Program-made: the position numbers and the translations under genes
Shown here: piece after piece, positions 26,594 to 35,218 of the stretch
Position numbering within the stretch: position 1 is the stretch's first letter
How the letters are laid out: every line of letters begins with the position of its first letter
The notes under the pieces: model-generated
Seen by the model: the letters and a program-made list of their open reading frames with translations, nothing else
Database searches by the model: none
Told to the model about the DNA's origin: nothing
Assembly (NCBI GenBank): GCA_026014725.1
Contig: JAOZHV010000044.1
Span: 28,272 to 92,271, forward strand
Reading direction: 5' to 3'
From: Candidatus Bathyarchaeota archaeon
GTDB taxonomy: Archaea > Thermoproteota > Bathyarchaeia > Bathyarchaeales > Bathycorpusculaceae
Length of the DNA stretch: 64,000 bases

Positions 26594-26712
26594 TTTTCAA
26601 CGTCAAAGCATGCTAAAAAATCCGCCTTTATATAGGGGGATAGGGTCTACTGGCAGAGCAACAGAACTTTCGCGGCGCAGCGTTAAACCGCCTATAAATA
26701 AGGGGGCTATAG
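26594..26712 (+). repeat. dispersed intergenic repeat, family A copy plus an adjacent partial copy
   Basis: ttttcaacgtcaaagc...aaaaaatccgcctttatatagggggatagggtctactggcagagcaacagaactttcg, then aaaccgcctataaataagggggctatagg. Confidence 0.7.
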
Positions 26713-26829
26713 GAAAAAACCGCAATAGCCCTCTTGGCTTAATTTAGCCATCGCTGCAACTTGCTAGCTTCAAGTTAGTAATGCTTTTATGCATTTGACA
26801 GCTTTAGGCTGTTTTGAGCGTGTAAAAAC

Positions 26830-27339
26830 ATGAAACTACGAACCATAAAACTAACTCCTGAATTCCTCGTCGAACTCTTAAAAGGCAAAGCCGCCCCTTT
26901 CACTTCCAACTTGCCAAATGACGCAGAACTTTTAGATTTAAAACTTGACCTGTTCACAAAACAAGTGCTTGCAGTAGTTCGCAGCGAGAGTTTTGAGGAC
27001 GTCGCCGAGGGCTTTCCCATTCCAGAATTCACCTTCACCACCAAGAAAAGCATGGCAAAAGAGGTTGCACAGCCTGCGGTGACGGTTGCTCCTGAACCGT
27101 TGCCTTTGGTTGCAAAGCAAGCGCCGCCGCCAGCCAGCGATGCCGCTTTGGGTGTTGCTAACGAGTTTAGTCCTGAGCAGCGTAAACTGCTAAGTTTCTC
27201 AGTTAGAGACGATTGCGTAGTTATCAAGCCAATGCAGTTTCTCAAGGCAGAATGGGAAGACATCAACGAAGTTGTCAAAAGCATAGGCGGCAGATGGGTA
27301 AAAGGCGACATCGTCAGCTACTGGGAAGTGTCGATTTAG
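26830..27339 (+). CDS. hypothetical two-domain protein with a Pro/Ala-rich linker
   Basis: 169 aa with plausible composition. The antisense 26787-27311 ORF is low-complexity. No motif recognised. Confidence 0.5.
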   Translation: MKLRTIKLTPEFLVELLKGKAAPFTSNLPNDAELLDLKLDLFTKQVLAVVRSESFEDVAEGFPIPEFTFTTKKSMAKEVAQPAVTVAPEPLPLVAKQAPPPASDAALGVANEFSPEQRKLLSFSVRDDCVVIKPMQFLKAEWEDINEVVKSIGGRWVKGDIVSYWEVSI

Positions 27340-27466
27340 CGTTTTCTTCCCTTAAGGAATCGGTTACCGTAAGAAAAATTCATAAGCAAAGACAACAAAT
27401 TGGTGGTTGGAGTAGCGCTAATGAAGTGGCTCATTGAGGCGCATTTGGAGTTAATCGTGATATAGC

Positions 27467-28069
27467 ATGGTCGGCAAGTCGCCTACACGAAGGAAAACAT
27501 TTGTGGCAAGAGAAGACTTGCTGAACCGTCTGGGCGAAGTCGCAAAAGAACGCGGCAGCAGCCTCTACGAGTTGGTCAATGAAACCTTTGAATTAGTCAT
27601 TACTTCTCAAAACTTAGGTTTAAACCTAAAGAAGATTGTGGATTCACGCAAACGTCTGGAAGATGCACGTGCACTAGGCTTCATTCTTGGGTTAGAAAGT
27701 CTCTGGTACGAAATGGCTGACTTAGCTTACGAGAAAGGCAAACGCCAAGCCCTCAAAAGCTGGTTTGATGCTGGCGTCTGGTTTGCCACGCGCTACGTTA
27801 CAGGTAATGGTGATTCTCCTCTCTTAGCGTTTAAAAATGACTTAGCTGGGTTAACATGGAACGTGCCAGAGTTTGTTTTGGAGGATAATTATGATAGAGT
27901 GTCGGTTCGCGTCACTAGCCCAAGGTTTACTGAGTCTTACACGATTCTGTTTTCGGCTTTTTTGGAAGGTGCCATGAAAGCGTTTGGTTACAAGATAGAT
28001 TCTAGGGATGTTTCAAGAGGGGTGATTCGTTTGGAGGCATTAAAGGAGGAAGTTCATGGTTCAACGTAA
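27467..28069 (+). CDS. ribbon-helix-helix (CopG-like) N-terminus fused to an unknown ~150-aa domain; paralogue 1
   Basis: RKTFVAREDLLNRLGEVAKERGSSLYELVNETFELVI fits a beta-strand plus two-helix RHH pattern. The C-terminal domain is shared with the next ORF (W-F-x-x-G-x-W, VRV.S, F.EG.M...GY). Confidence 0.6.
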   Translation: MVGKSPTRRKTFVAREDLLNRLGEVAKERGSSLYELVNETFELVITSQNLGLNLKKIVDSRKRLEDARALGFILGLESLWYEMADLAYEKGKRQALKSWFDAGVWFATRYVTGNGDSPLLAFKNDLAGLTWNVPEFVLEDNYDRVSVRVTSPRFTESYTILFSAFLEGAMKAFGYKIDSRDVSRGVIRLEALKEEVHGST

Positions 28070-28628
28070 GGATAAGAAGCTAGTTTATGTTCCTTTTGAC
28101 CTCCTTGAGGAGGTTGCGAAATCCTCGCGCAGCAGGGGCGTAACGATTAGCAGATTTATTGAGGAATCACTGGAGCAGTCCGTTAGGGTTACTTCTGCTG
28201 GTTATGACCTTCATCAGTTGGGCGAGTTCTTTGAAGTTATCTATGCACAGAGGGTTTTAGGCGGCGCTTTTGTGCCTTTAGACGTGCTTACGTTTTTGAC
28301 TAATGAGGTTTGCAAATCTGGCAAAGAACAGTTGGAGAAGGTGTGGTTTGAGAGCGGCAAGTGGCATGGCAAGTACCTAAAAGAGCGGTTTGCTGACCCA
28401 GTTTTGGCGCTTAAGAGTTTTCTTGAGGCAAGCCGTTGGGATTTGAGCGAAGTTGAGGTCCGAAAAGACGGTGCTAAGGCAAGGGTGAGGTGTGTTTCCA
28501 CTGTGCTCAAAGAGGATGCGACGCAGGCGCTTGCACGGTTTGTTGAAGGCGTCATGAACGGTATTGGTTATCAGACTGAGAAAAGTGAAGTCTTAAAGGG
28601 CATGTTGATTATTGATTTTAAGCTCTAA
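28056..28628 (+). CDS. ribbon-helix-helix N-terminus fused to an unknown ~150-aa domain; paralogue 2
   Basis: KKLVYVPFDLLEEVAKSSRSRGVTISRFIEESLEQSV is RHH-like. Colinear with 27467-28069. The start overlaps the upstream stop by 14 nt. Confidence 0.6.
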   Translation: MVQRKDKKLVYVPFDLLEEVAKSSRSRGVTISRFIEESLEQSVRVTSAGYDLHQLGEFFEVIYAQRVLGGAFVPLDVLTFLTNEVCKSGKEQLEKVWFESGKWHGKYLKERFADPVLALKSFLEASRWDLSEVEVRKDGAKARVRCVSTVLKEDATQALARFVEGVMNGIGYQTEKSEVLKGMLIIDFKL

Positions 28629-28867
28629 TTTTCTGTCGAACAGGTCGACAGTTTGGAGCTTTTTGAGCAGTTTTCTTGAAAAAAGAAGCTTATTTTGGGC
28701 TTTAAATGTGTACTGACCCTTACACGTGTAATGAAACGTGTACACATCACTTGTTGGGCTAGGGCTTGTTTACAGTAGATATAAGTACTAAGTCGACTAT
28801 AGTTCAAGCGCTAAAAAGCAAATAATAAAGTAAATGAAAAATTCGATAAAATACGAGGAAATTAAAA

Positions 28868-31195
28868 ATGAATACCCTAACAACCCAAAACAAGAAAAAA
28901 CTTTTCGCAACATTAACCCTGACAATTCTAGTACTATCAGCAGTTCTGGCAGCAATTCCACTAGCAAGCGCAGCTCCAGGAATAACAACACCAGCGTCAG
29001 GTGATCCTTTTAACGTTGGTGACGAAGTTACAGTTTCAGGCGGTGGCGCAGCTCCTGGTACCTATGTCGAGGTTTTCTGGGAGAATACTAACCCAGCGAA
29101 TCTGTTGGCTGCAGATTATGCCGATGGAGCTGGTGATTACGAAATTGATGTGACAATCCCGCTTGCTCCCGCAGGCACTCACTACCTAATTGTTAGAGAC
29201 CCAACTGGTACGGCATCCGTAGACATCGAAGTTGAACCAAAGATAACATTGAGTCCAACGACAGGCATCCCTGGTGATGTAGTCACTGTTACAGGTACTG
29301 GCTTCTCAGGCTCAGCTACCCTTGCAAACAGAGTCATAACAATCACCTTTGATGGCGACACAATGACTCTCACTCCAAGCCCCACAAGAAGTAACACATC
29401 CGGTTATTTCACATGCACTTTTGAGGTCCCTGACCTCGCTTATGGTACATATGATGTAATCGCAGATGACGCTGACGCAGCTGTAGACCCTGCAGACGCC
29501 GCTCCATTTACAATCGGCGCTACCATAGCGCTATCACCAACCTCAGGTCCAGCAGGAGCAGTTGTTACAGTCTCTGGTAGAGGCTTCACTAAAGTAGCAG
29601 GCACTGGACTGACATTCACAATAGGTGCAACTCCAGTTGTTGAAGTTACTCCCATAGTAACTTTGGCAGACGGAACATTCACCGGGTCAATCATCATTCC
29701 ATCACTTACTGCTGGCCCACAAACTGTTTCAGCAAATGACGGTACATATACCGCCACAGCTACCTACACAATATCTACTGGAGCAGTAACAACAATTACT
29801 TTAACTCCAACCACTGGTCCACAAGGCTTCACAGTTACAATTAGTGGTGTACGCTTTACCGCAATTGCAGGCGAGGTCGTAACAGTAACATTCGGCGCAA
29901 TTACAGTTGGATCATTCGTGACTACCGCTTCAGGCTCTTTCTCTGGAACATTTGTGGTTCCAAACCTGCCGACAGGTTCATACACAGTAACAGCCACTGA
30001 CGAGAATGCACTAGTAGCTACTAAGCCTTTCACAGTAACAAACATCTTCGTTGGATTAACACCTAGCTCAGGTCCAACAGGCACAGTAGTTACAGTTGCA
30101 GCTTATGGATTCACCGCTGGTCATCCCGCTAGAATATCGATCTCAAACATAAACTTCACCGGCTTCACAACCACAGACTTGCTTGCAGGTACAGTAACAT
30201 TCATTATTCCACAAGTAACCGCAGGCGCAAAGACAGTAACAATCACAGACCTCACTAGTAGCGAATACACTACAGCAACCTTTACCGTAACAGCAGCAGC
30301 AACAGCAACTCTCAGCCCAGCAGCGCAAGCAAAAGGATACGACGTAGTCTTGACAATCACAAACTTCCCAGCTGGCGCAGACTTTACAGCAACGCTCAGC
30401 GGAGCAAACAGTTTCGAAGAATTAATCTTCGATGATACAACTAATTCCACTGGAGCTTTCGTGGACACATTCACCGTTGATACTGCATGGGCTATAGGCT
30501 CCTACACAATGACAATAGTCACAGACGATTCAACCTTCACACTCACATTGCCCTTCGCAATCGTAACACCAGTCATAAACATTAACACAGCAGCAACAAC
30601 ATACAACCAAGGCGACACACTCTCCTTCATTGCAACAAGCAATCTGGTAATCACAGGCACTGTTACAATATATGACCCAAGCGCACGCCCCTACGATATA
30701 TTGGTCATCGCGATTACTACACCATACGGAATCAACTTCATATGTCCTCAACGCTTAACACAATCACCACTATCAAGTGATGCTGAAATCGGCAACTGGA
30801 CATGGGAAGCAAACTTCGGCGATGTTACAGCTAACGGCGTATTCGAAGTCGAACCAAAGCCATTACCAGAACAAGGTCCACAAGGTGAAACAGGTCCAGC
30901 CGGTCCAGCCGGTCCAGCAGGTGCTACAGGTCCAGCCGGTCCAGCAGGTGCTACAGGTCCAGCCGGTCCACAAGGTCCAGCAGGCGCTACAGGTGCACAA
31001 GGTCCAAAAGGTGACACTGGTGCAACTGGTGCACAAGGTCCAGCCGGTCCAGCAGGCGCAGACGGTAAAGACGCAGAATTTGTGGGTGGTCCATCAATGC
31101 CAGTTGCTTCACTAGCATTGGCAGTTGTTGCACTCATAATTGGTCTGTTAGCAGCATTTGTTGCTTTCACTCTCCGCAAAAAAATAGCAGTCTAA
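28868..31195 (+). CDS. cell-surface protein with repeated IPT/TIG-like Ig domains, a collagen-like GXY tract and a C-terminal TM anchor
   Basis: Signal [24 protein letters not shown]. Repeated modules [67 protein letters not shown] and [22 protein letters not shown]. 22 uninterrupted G-X-Y triplets. Tail [27 protein letters not shown]. Confidence 0.85.
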   Translation: MNTLTTQNKKKLFATLTLTILVLSAVLAAIPLASAAPGITTPASGDPFNVGDEVTVSGGGAAPGTYVEVFWENTNPANLLAADYADGAGDYEIDVTIPLAPAGTHYLIVRDPTGTASVDIEVEPKITLSPTTGIPGDVVTVTGTGFSGSATLANRVITITFDGDTMTLTPSPTRSNTSGYFTCTFEVPDLAYGTYDVIADDADAAVDPADAAPFTIGATIALSPTSGPAGAVVTVSGRGFTKVAGTGLTFTIGATPVVEVTPIVTLADGTFTGSIIIPSLTAGPQTVSANDGTYTATATYTISTGAVTTITLTPTTGPQGFTVTISGVRFTAIAGEVVTVTFGAITVGSFVTTASGSFSGTFVVPNLPTGSYTVTATDENALVATKPFTVTNIFVGLTPSSGPTGTVVTVAAYGFTAGHPARISISNINFTGFTTTDLLAGTVTFIIPQVTAGAKTVTITDLTSSEYTTATFTVTAAATATLSPAAQAKGYDVVLTITNFPAGADFTATLSGANSFEELIFDDTTNSTGAFVDTFTVDTAWAIGSYTMTIVTDDSTFTLTLPFAIVTPVININTAATTYNQGDTLSFIATSNLVITGTVTIYDPSARPYDILVIAITTPYGINFICPQRLTQSPLSSDAEIGNWTWEANFGDVTANGVFEVEPKPLPEQGPQGETGPAGPAGPAGATGPAGPAGATGPAGPQGPAGATGAQGPKGDTGATGAQGPAGPAGADGKDAEFVGGPSMPVASLALAVVALIIGLLAAFVAFTLRKKIAV
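30875..31072 (+). repeat. collagen-like (Gly-X-Y)x22 coding tract
   Basis: [66 protein letters not shown], counted as 22 consecutive triplets. Confidence 0.95.
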
Positions 31196-31220
31196 AAAAC
31201 CAAAACAACTTCCCTTCCTT

Positions 31221-31242
31221 TTTTATTTTTTGTAAACTAAAA
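31221..31242 (+). terminator. T-tract terminator candidate downstream of the collagen-like surface protein gene
   Basis: T6 (31229-31234) and T6 (31236-31241) runs about 35 nt after the stop. Confidence 0.4.
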
Positions 31243-31329
31243 ATCTTTTCTTTAGGTAACTCCCAAAAACCACAGACTCATTACTCCTAAAAACTCGAAA
31301 AACAATCCCTATTTTGCAAGGCAACCAAA

Positions 31330-31441
31330 CATATTTGAATCCTAGCAGTCAACCTACGCAGAAAACCTATAGAAGAGTCTGTTTTTTCGAGTATATTTGT
31401 ATCCTGATAGTTTCTATGTCAAAACCTCAACGGGTAGGTTT
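31330..31441 (+). repeat. two adjacent, degenerate family B repeat copies
   Basis: catatttgaatcctagcagtcaacctacgcagaaaacctatagaagagtctg and tatatttgtatcctgatagtttctatgtcaaaacctcaacgggtaggttt. Confidence 0.6.
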
Positions 31442-31467
31442 AGCTGTTTTTTAAAGCTAACCCTTCG

Positions 31468-31851
31468 TTATCTTTTTTGAAGTACAATTATCTTGTCGCT
31501 TTCAAGATTTAGGAAGTCTTTGTCTTTGGTTATGAGAGTCTGATTGCTTGTCGCTGCAATTCCAGCAATCATAATGCCTAACTCGTTTATCAGTGTACCC
31601 CTTTCCTTGAGTTTCTTGTATATTTTGACTGTCTCATCTAAAGCATCGGTTCCAAAATCAAGAATTACAAACCTGTTTAAGAGGTCTGTGATGTAGTTGA
31701 TGTACGATTCTGGGGCGCCCCTGAGCATTTCATATTGAGTAATTATCGTAGTTGAGACTCGCTCTTTTTCTTGATACGACGCTATGAGGTCTAGGGCATA
31801 TTTTTTCTTTCGTGATACATCAACCATTACTGAAGTGTCCAATATGACCAT
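31468..31851 (-). CDS. vapC: PIN-domain ribonuclease toxin VapC
   Basis: 127 aa. Starts MVILDTSVMVD (first acidic PIN residue) and has the late ITKDKDF motif. Located 6 nt downstream of a small antitoxin-like ORF. Confidence 0.85.
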   Translation of the reverse strand: MVILDTSVMVDVSRKKKYALDLIASYQEKERVSTTIITQYEMLRGAPESYINYITDLLNRFVILDFGTDALDETVKIYKKLKERGTLINELGIMIAGIAATSNQTLITKDKDFLNLESDKIIVLQKR

Positions 31852-31857
31852 GGGGGC

Positions 31858-32106
31858 TCACGCAAAAGAAGCAGATTTTCGGGCGGATGCACTCTTTCGA
31901 CCTTTTTCAGATGTAGCCAGTATTGCGTCTGCGGCTTCGTCGCTTAGGGGTTCGTTAGCATCCAAAAAGGTAAGTATGCTTTTTGGGTCGCCTTTGTTTG
32001 TGCATTCGGAGATGAGAGTTTTTAGGAGTTCGGTGAAGGATTTGCCGTTTTTCATTCGAGAGAGGTCTTCGTAGACTTCGTCGGATATTGAGATGATTTT
32101 TACCAT
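31858..32106 (-). CDS. vapB: VapB-type antitoxin (putative)
   Basis: 82 aa. MVKIISISDEVYEDLSRMKNGKSFTELLKTLI resembles the archaeal small-antitoxin family that pairs with PIN toxins. Operonic with vapC. Confidence 0.65.
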   Translation of the reverse strand: MVKIISISDEVYEDLSRMKNGKSFTELLKTLISECTNKGDPKSILTFLDANEPLSDEAADAILATSEKGRKSASARKSASFA

Positions 32107-32441
32107 TTGAATCCCTGATTAATATATGTATATATACATGTATATAATGATGGCGGTGGCACTAACAATCAGAAAAATAACCTCAAAATTTTTGCTTCAA
32201 AAGAGGGAGGGACAGGGCTCCTCCAATCTCAATTACCTTAGACCCTCCGAAAAAAATAATTCTCTTTTGAAAGATACCCCCAACGTATTTGCATCCTTGA
32301 ATGCCAAAATTGTCTATAGGGTTGGGTTTTGGGTTAGTTTTCATATTAGTGGGTATGTAGTTGGCGTCAGGTCGGTACATTGAAACGCTGGCACGTTGGC
32401 AAGTGGCTGTACGCAATTTCGGGTAGCTTACCATCCTGTTT

Positions 32442-32676
32442 GGCGTCTATTAGGAGCCTATTTGTATTCTATTAGGAATTCTATGCAGAAACTATAGAGG
32501 GGTAGGTGAAATCTGCGCCCTGCACCGTTATGGAGCAAGCATATTTGGAGCCTATTAGAGGTTCTATGCACAAACCTATAGGGGGTAGGTGTTTTCTGCG
32601 TCTGCACAGTTGCAGCGCGGGCATATTTGGATTCTAATATTCAACCTATGCAGTAAACCTAAAGGGGTCTATCGTG
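32442..32676 (+). repeat. three tandem family B repeat units (period about 72-82 nt) preceded by a partial unit
   Basis: Units start at 32458, 32540 and 32622. The consensus is roughly ATATTTGGAnnCTATTAGnnnTTCTATGCAnAAACCTATAGGGGGTAGGTG. The inter-unit spacers are also related (tctgcgccctgcac / tctgcgtctgcac). Confidence 0.8.
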
Positions 32677-33018
32677 TTGGCGCATTTTCAAGCCAAAAGC
32701 ATGTTGACTTTACTGCGACCATATGCTACTACGACCATTACGGAGCTATTGCCCTTTAGGAATGGTCGTGGTAAAAAACGCTAAGGATGCGCTCGACAGC
32801 TCCTTGATGGTCGTAGTAAAACCGCCCAGTGTTGCGGGTATGTTTGTGCAAGCGCATTTCAATAATCAGCCATTTTTAATCGCCATTTTAAGTCACAAAA
32901 TTGTTTATAGGGGCGGGTTCAGGCTTGGCTTGGGTGACGGGCGAAAGAAAAAAACCCTACGGGCCATGCTAGTGCCCAAACTGCATTATGCCAATCAATT
33001 GCAAACACAAAGAAAAAA

Positions 33019-33069
33019 GCCCTTTTAATAGGGGGATAGGTCTACCTGCAAAGCAACAAAACTTTCCCC
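33019..33069 (+). repeat. dispersed intergenic repeat, family A copy
   Basis: gcccttttaatagggggataggtctacctgcaaagcaacaaaactttcccc. Confidence 0.7.
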
Positions 33070-33088
33070 AATATAAACATCATAATTT

Positions 33089-34702
33089 TTATTTGCGCTT
33101 AAGACGCAGAACCACCAAGACCACAAGAATCGCCAACGCTACCAAGACGCACACAACCAACAAATAGAATGCGTTTGAACCGTTTTCTATTGGCGGAGTT
33201 GTGGTTTGCTTCGGCGTCTGCGTAGGCGCCGCAGTCGCAGTCGGTGTTGGTGTCGGCGAAGGCGTTGCTGTCGGCTGAACAGTTGGCACTGGCGTCGGTG
33301 TCGCTGACGGCGTTGGAGACGGCGATGGCTCAACACCTAATACCACAACGTTCTTAACCGTGCTGTTTACGCTTCCAAAGGCATTACTAACCGTCAAATT
33401 CACATTAAAACTGCCGCTCACAAAAAAAGTATGAACAGCATACGACACATTAAACTTTGCCTGAGTCCCATCGCCAAAATCCCAAGCATACTCAACTAAA
33501 CCGTCAAGTTGCCCAAAAACAACAAAATTCACAATATCACCAGCATGAACAGTAGAAGGAGACCAAGAAAAATCGACCCCTACAAAGCCCAAAGCCGCCA
33601 AAACAGCTGCATAAGCATCAACCAAACCAAAACCATAGTAAATATCTCTATCTTTGCCATCAATAGGTTGCAAATCAACAGCCGTTTCTTGCAAAATCTG
33701 CCGAACCTCAACATTACTCAAACTCGGATTCTTCGCCCACACCAATGCAGCAACACCCGAAACAAAAGCCGCGGACATAGAAGTCCCATTACCAACTCCA
33801 AGACCATTATTCAAATAAGTGGAATAAATATTCACACCAGGCGCAGCAAGCTCAACCTGCGACCCAACACTAGAAAATGATGCCCTAACATTATTCTCAT
33901 CAGTAGCCGAAACAGCTATAACCTCATCATACTTAGCAGGAAACGCAATTTGACTATTACCAGTGTTCCCAGCCGAACCAACAAGCAAAATTCCACTGTT
34001 ATACGCCGCTCGAACAGCGCTAAGCAAAGGAGGAAAATCATTCAAACTCCAACTCATCGAAATTATATCCATACTATTATTCACTGCCCACTCAATACCC
34101 AAAATAGCACGCGACAAACTCCCATCACCATTACTATCAATAATTTTCACAGCATAAATCTCAGCATCAGGAGCCACACCAACAACACCAATAGAATTCG
34201 ACTTAGCCGCAATTATCCCAGCAACCATCGTACCATGACCAAAATCATCCCTCGGATCAGCATCATTATTAACAAAATCATACCCACCATAAACAGTCAA
34301 ATCATCATGCGGACCAACACCCGAATCCAAAACGGCAACTTTCACTCCGCTACCCGTACTTTGCGCCCAAGCTTGAGGCGCATTAACACGCTCAACCCCC
34401 CACGGCATTATCTGAGCGTCTGCTTCTATTTTGTTGTCGGTTTGAATGTAAGCTATCTCGGGATTTTTGCTTAACGTTCCAACGGCTGTCTTGGGCAAAG
34501 AAGCGTGCACCGCTGGAATAATAGAGTAAACATCGTGGATTTCGCCACCGCTTTTCTCTATCAACTCAAGGTCTGGCTGATTTGTGAAACCAATGATAAC
34601 ATCAACAAGATTAGCTAAACCAACGGGAACGACGGTAATAGCAAGCGAACTTAAGAGAACTGTCAAAACCAGAACTGCTGCAATAATATTTCGATGCGCC
34701 AT
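33089..34702 (-). CDS. subtilisin-like serine protease (peptidase S8) with propeptide, PKD-like domain, Thr/Pro linker and C-terminal TM anchor
   Basis: Catalytic triad contexts VAVLDSGV (Asp), HGTMVAGIIAA (His) and GTSMSAAFVSG (Ser). PKD-like WDFGDGT. Linker PSPSPTPSATPTPVPTVQPTATPSPTPTPT. Tail VLVVLRLKRK. Start set at MAHRNIIAAV. Confidence 0.9.
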   Translation of the reverse strand: MAHRNIIAAVLVLTVLLSSLAITVVPVGLANLVDVIIGFTNQPDLELIEKSGGEIHDVYSIIPAVHASLPKTAVGTLSKNPEIAYIQTDNKIEADAQIMPWGVERVNAPQAWAQSTGSGVKVAVLDSGVGPHDDLTVYGGYDFVNNDADPRDDFGHGTMVAGIIAAKSNSIGVVGVAPDAEIYAVKIIDSNGDGSLSRAILGIEWAVNNSMDIISMSWSLNDFPPLLSAVRAAYNSGILLVGSAGNTGNSQIAFPAKYDEVIAVSATDENNVRASFSSVGSQVELAAPGVNIYSTYLNNGLGVGNGTSMSAAFVSGVAALVWAKNPSLSNVEVRQILQETAVDLQPIDGKDRDIYYGFGLVDAYAAVLAALGFVGVDFSWSPSTVHAGDIVNFVVFGQLDGLVEYAWDFGDGTQAKFNVSYAVHTFFVSGSFNVNLTVSNAFGSVNSTVKNVVVLGVEPSPSPTPSATPTPVPTVQPTATPSPTPTPTATAAPTQTPKQTTTPPIENGSNAFYLLVVCVLVALAILVVLVVLRLKRK

Positions 34703-34843
34703 CCAAGTTCCCAGACAGACACACAAGACTATGTATTAATAAAAAGTTTTGCCAATTCTTTCCCAAACAACCAAAAGCTGAATAGAGAACGAAAATTCTT
34801 TAAATCAGATAAAACTATTCAAACCAGAGGAGAATACAACCAT

Positions 34844-35218
34844 ATGGAAAGAACAGATAAACCGCTGACCAGAGATGCACTTGTCTCAATGCAAGTAATC
34901 GATGCACAAGGACGCTTAATAGGAAAAGTAAAAGACGTTGCCTTCGCAGTTGGCAAAATGGGCATCTCACTAACAGTGGAAAATAAGGAGGGCGAAATCC
35001 AAAACATCGGCTGGGAAGAAGTTCAAGCCGCCTCAGACTTCATAATCCTAAAGCCACAGCAAACAGCACAGAGCACATACCAACCACAGCAACAGCAAAC
35101 TGCCCAAACCGCGACGCAACAAAGCAGTCAACCGCTTTGTCCAACATGCAACAGGCCGTTGACGTGGATTCCACAATACCAGCGATGGTACTGCTATAAC
35201 GACAAAAAATACGTTTAG
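34844..35218 (+). CDS. PRC-barrel domain protein with a Gln-rich linker and a Cys-containing C-terminal tail
   Basis: The ATG at 34844 follows GAGGAG. VIDAQGRLIGKVKDVAFAVGKMGISLTVENKEGEIQNIGWEEV is PRC-barrel-like. The tail is CPTCNRPLTWIPQYQRWYCYNDKKY. Confidence 0.7.
   Translation: MERTDKPLTRDALVSMQVIDAQGRLIGKVKDVAFAVGKMGISLTVENKEGEIQNIGWEEVQAASDFIILKPQQTAQSTYQPQQQQTAQTATQQSSQPLCPTCNRPLTWIPQYQRWYCYNDKKYV

Noticed and set aside
26787-27311. 174-aa minus-strand ORF antisense to 26830-27339.
   Set aside because: Its Ser/Thr/Ala-rich low-complexity translation has no motif. The plus frame has a more protein-like domain/linker/domain organisation and fits the co-directional gene string.
30748-31179. 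143-aa minus-strand ORF rich in Pro/Ala/Gly, opposite the collagen-like tract, plus several 70-117-aa antisense ORFs at 29182-30751.
   Set aside because: These are shadow frames produced by the strongly biased GXY and Thr/Val/Gly-rich codons of the plus-strand gene. They are low-complexity, with no start context and no independent motif.
32126-32434. Overlapping 85-aa (+) and 83-aa (-) ORFs next to vapB.
   Set aside because: They are mutually overlapping and have odd composition. The region also contains repeat-related sequence (caaaattgtctatagggttggg, similar to 32891-32915), so it is probably non-coding.
32442-32676. Possible CRISPR array (regularly spaced repeats with period about 72-82 nt).
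   Set aside because: The repeat units are about 50 nt long and only roughly 70-85% similar to each other. The spacers between them are themselves related, so this is a diverged tandem duplication. There are only three units, and no cas genes or leader are nearby.
33509-34474. Two plus-strand ORFs (123 and 174 aa) inside the S8 protease gene.
   Set aside because: They are antisense shadows with Asn/Ile/Thr/Arg-rich, repeat-like translations. The minus frame carries the complete Asp/His/Ser catalytic triad.
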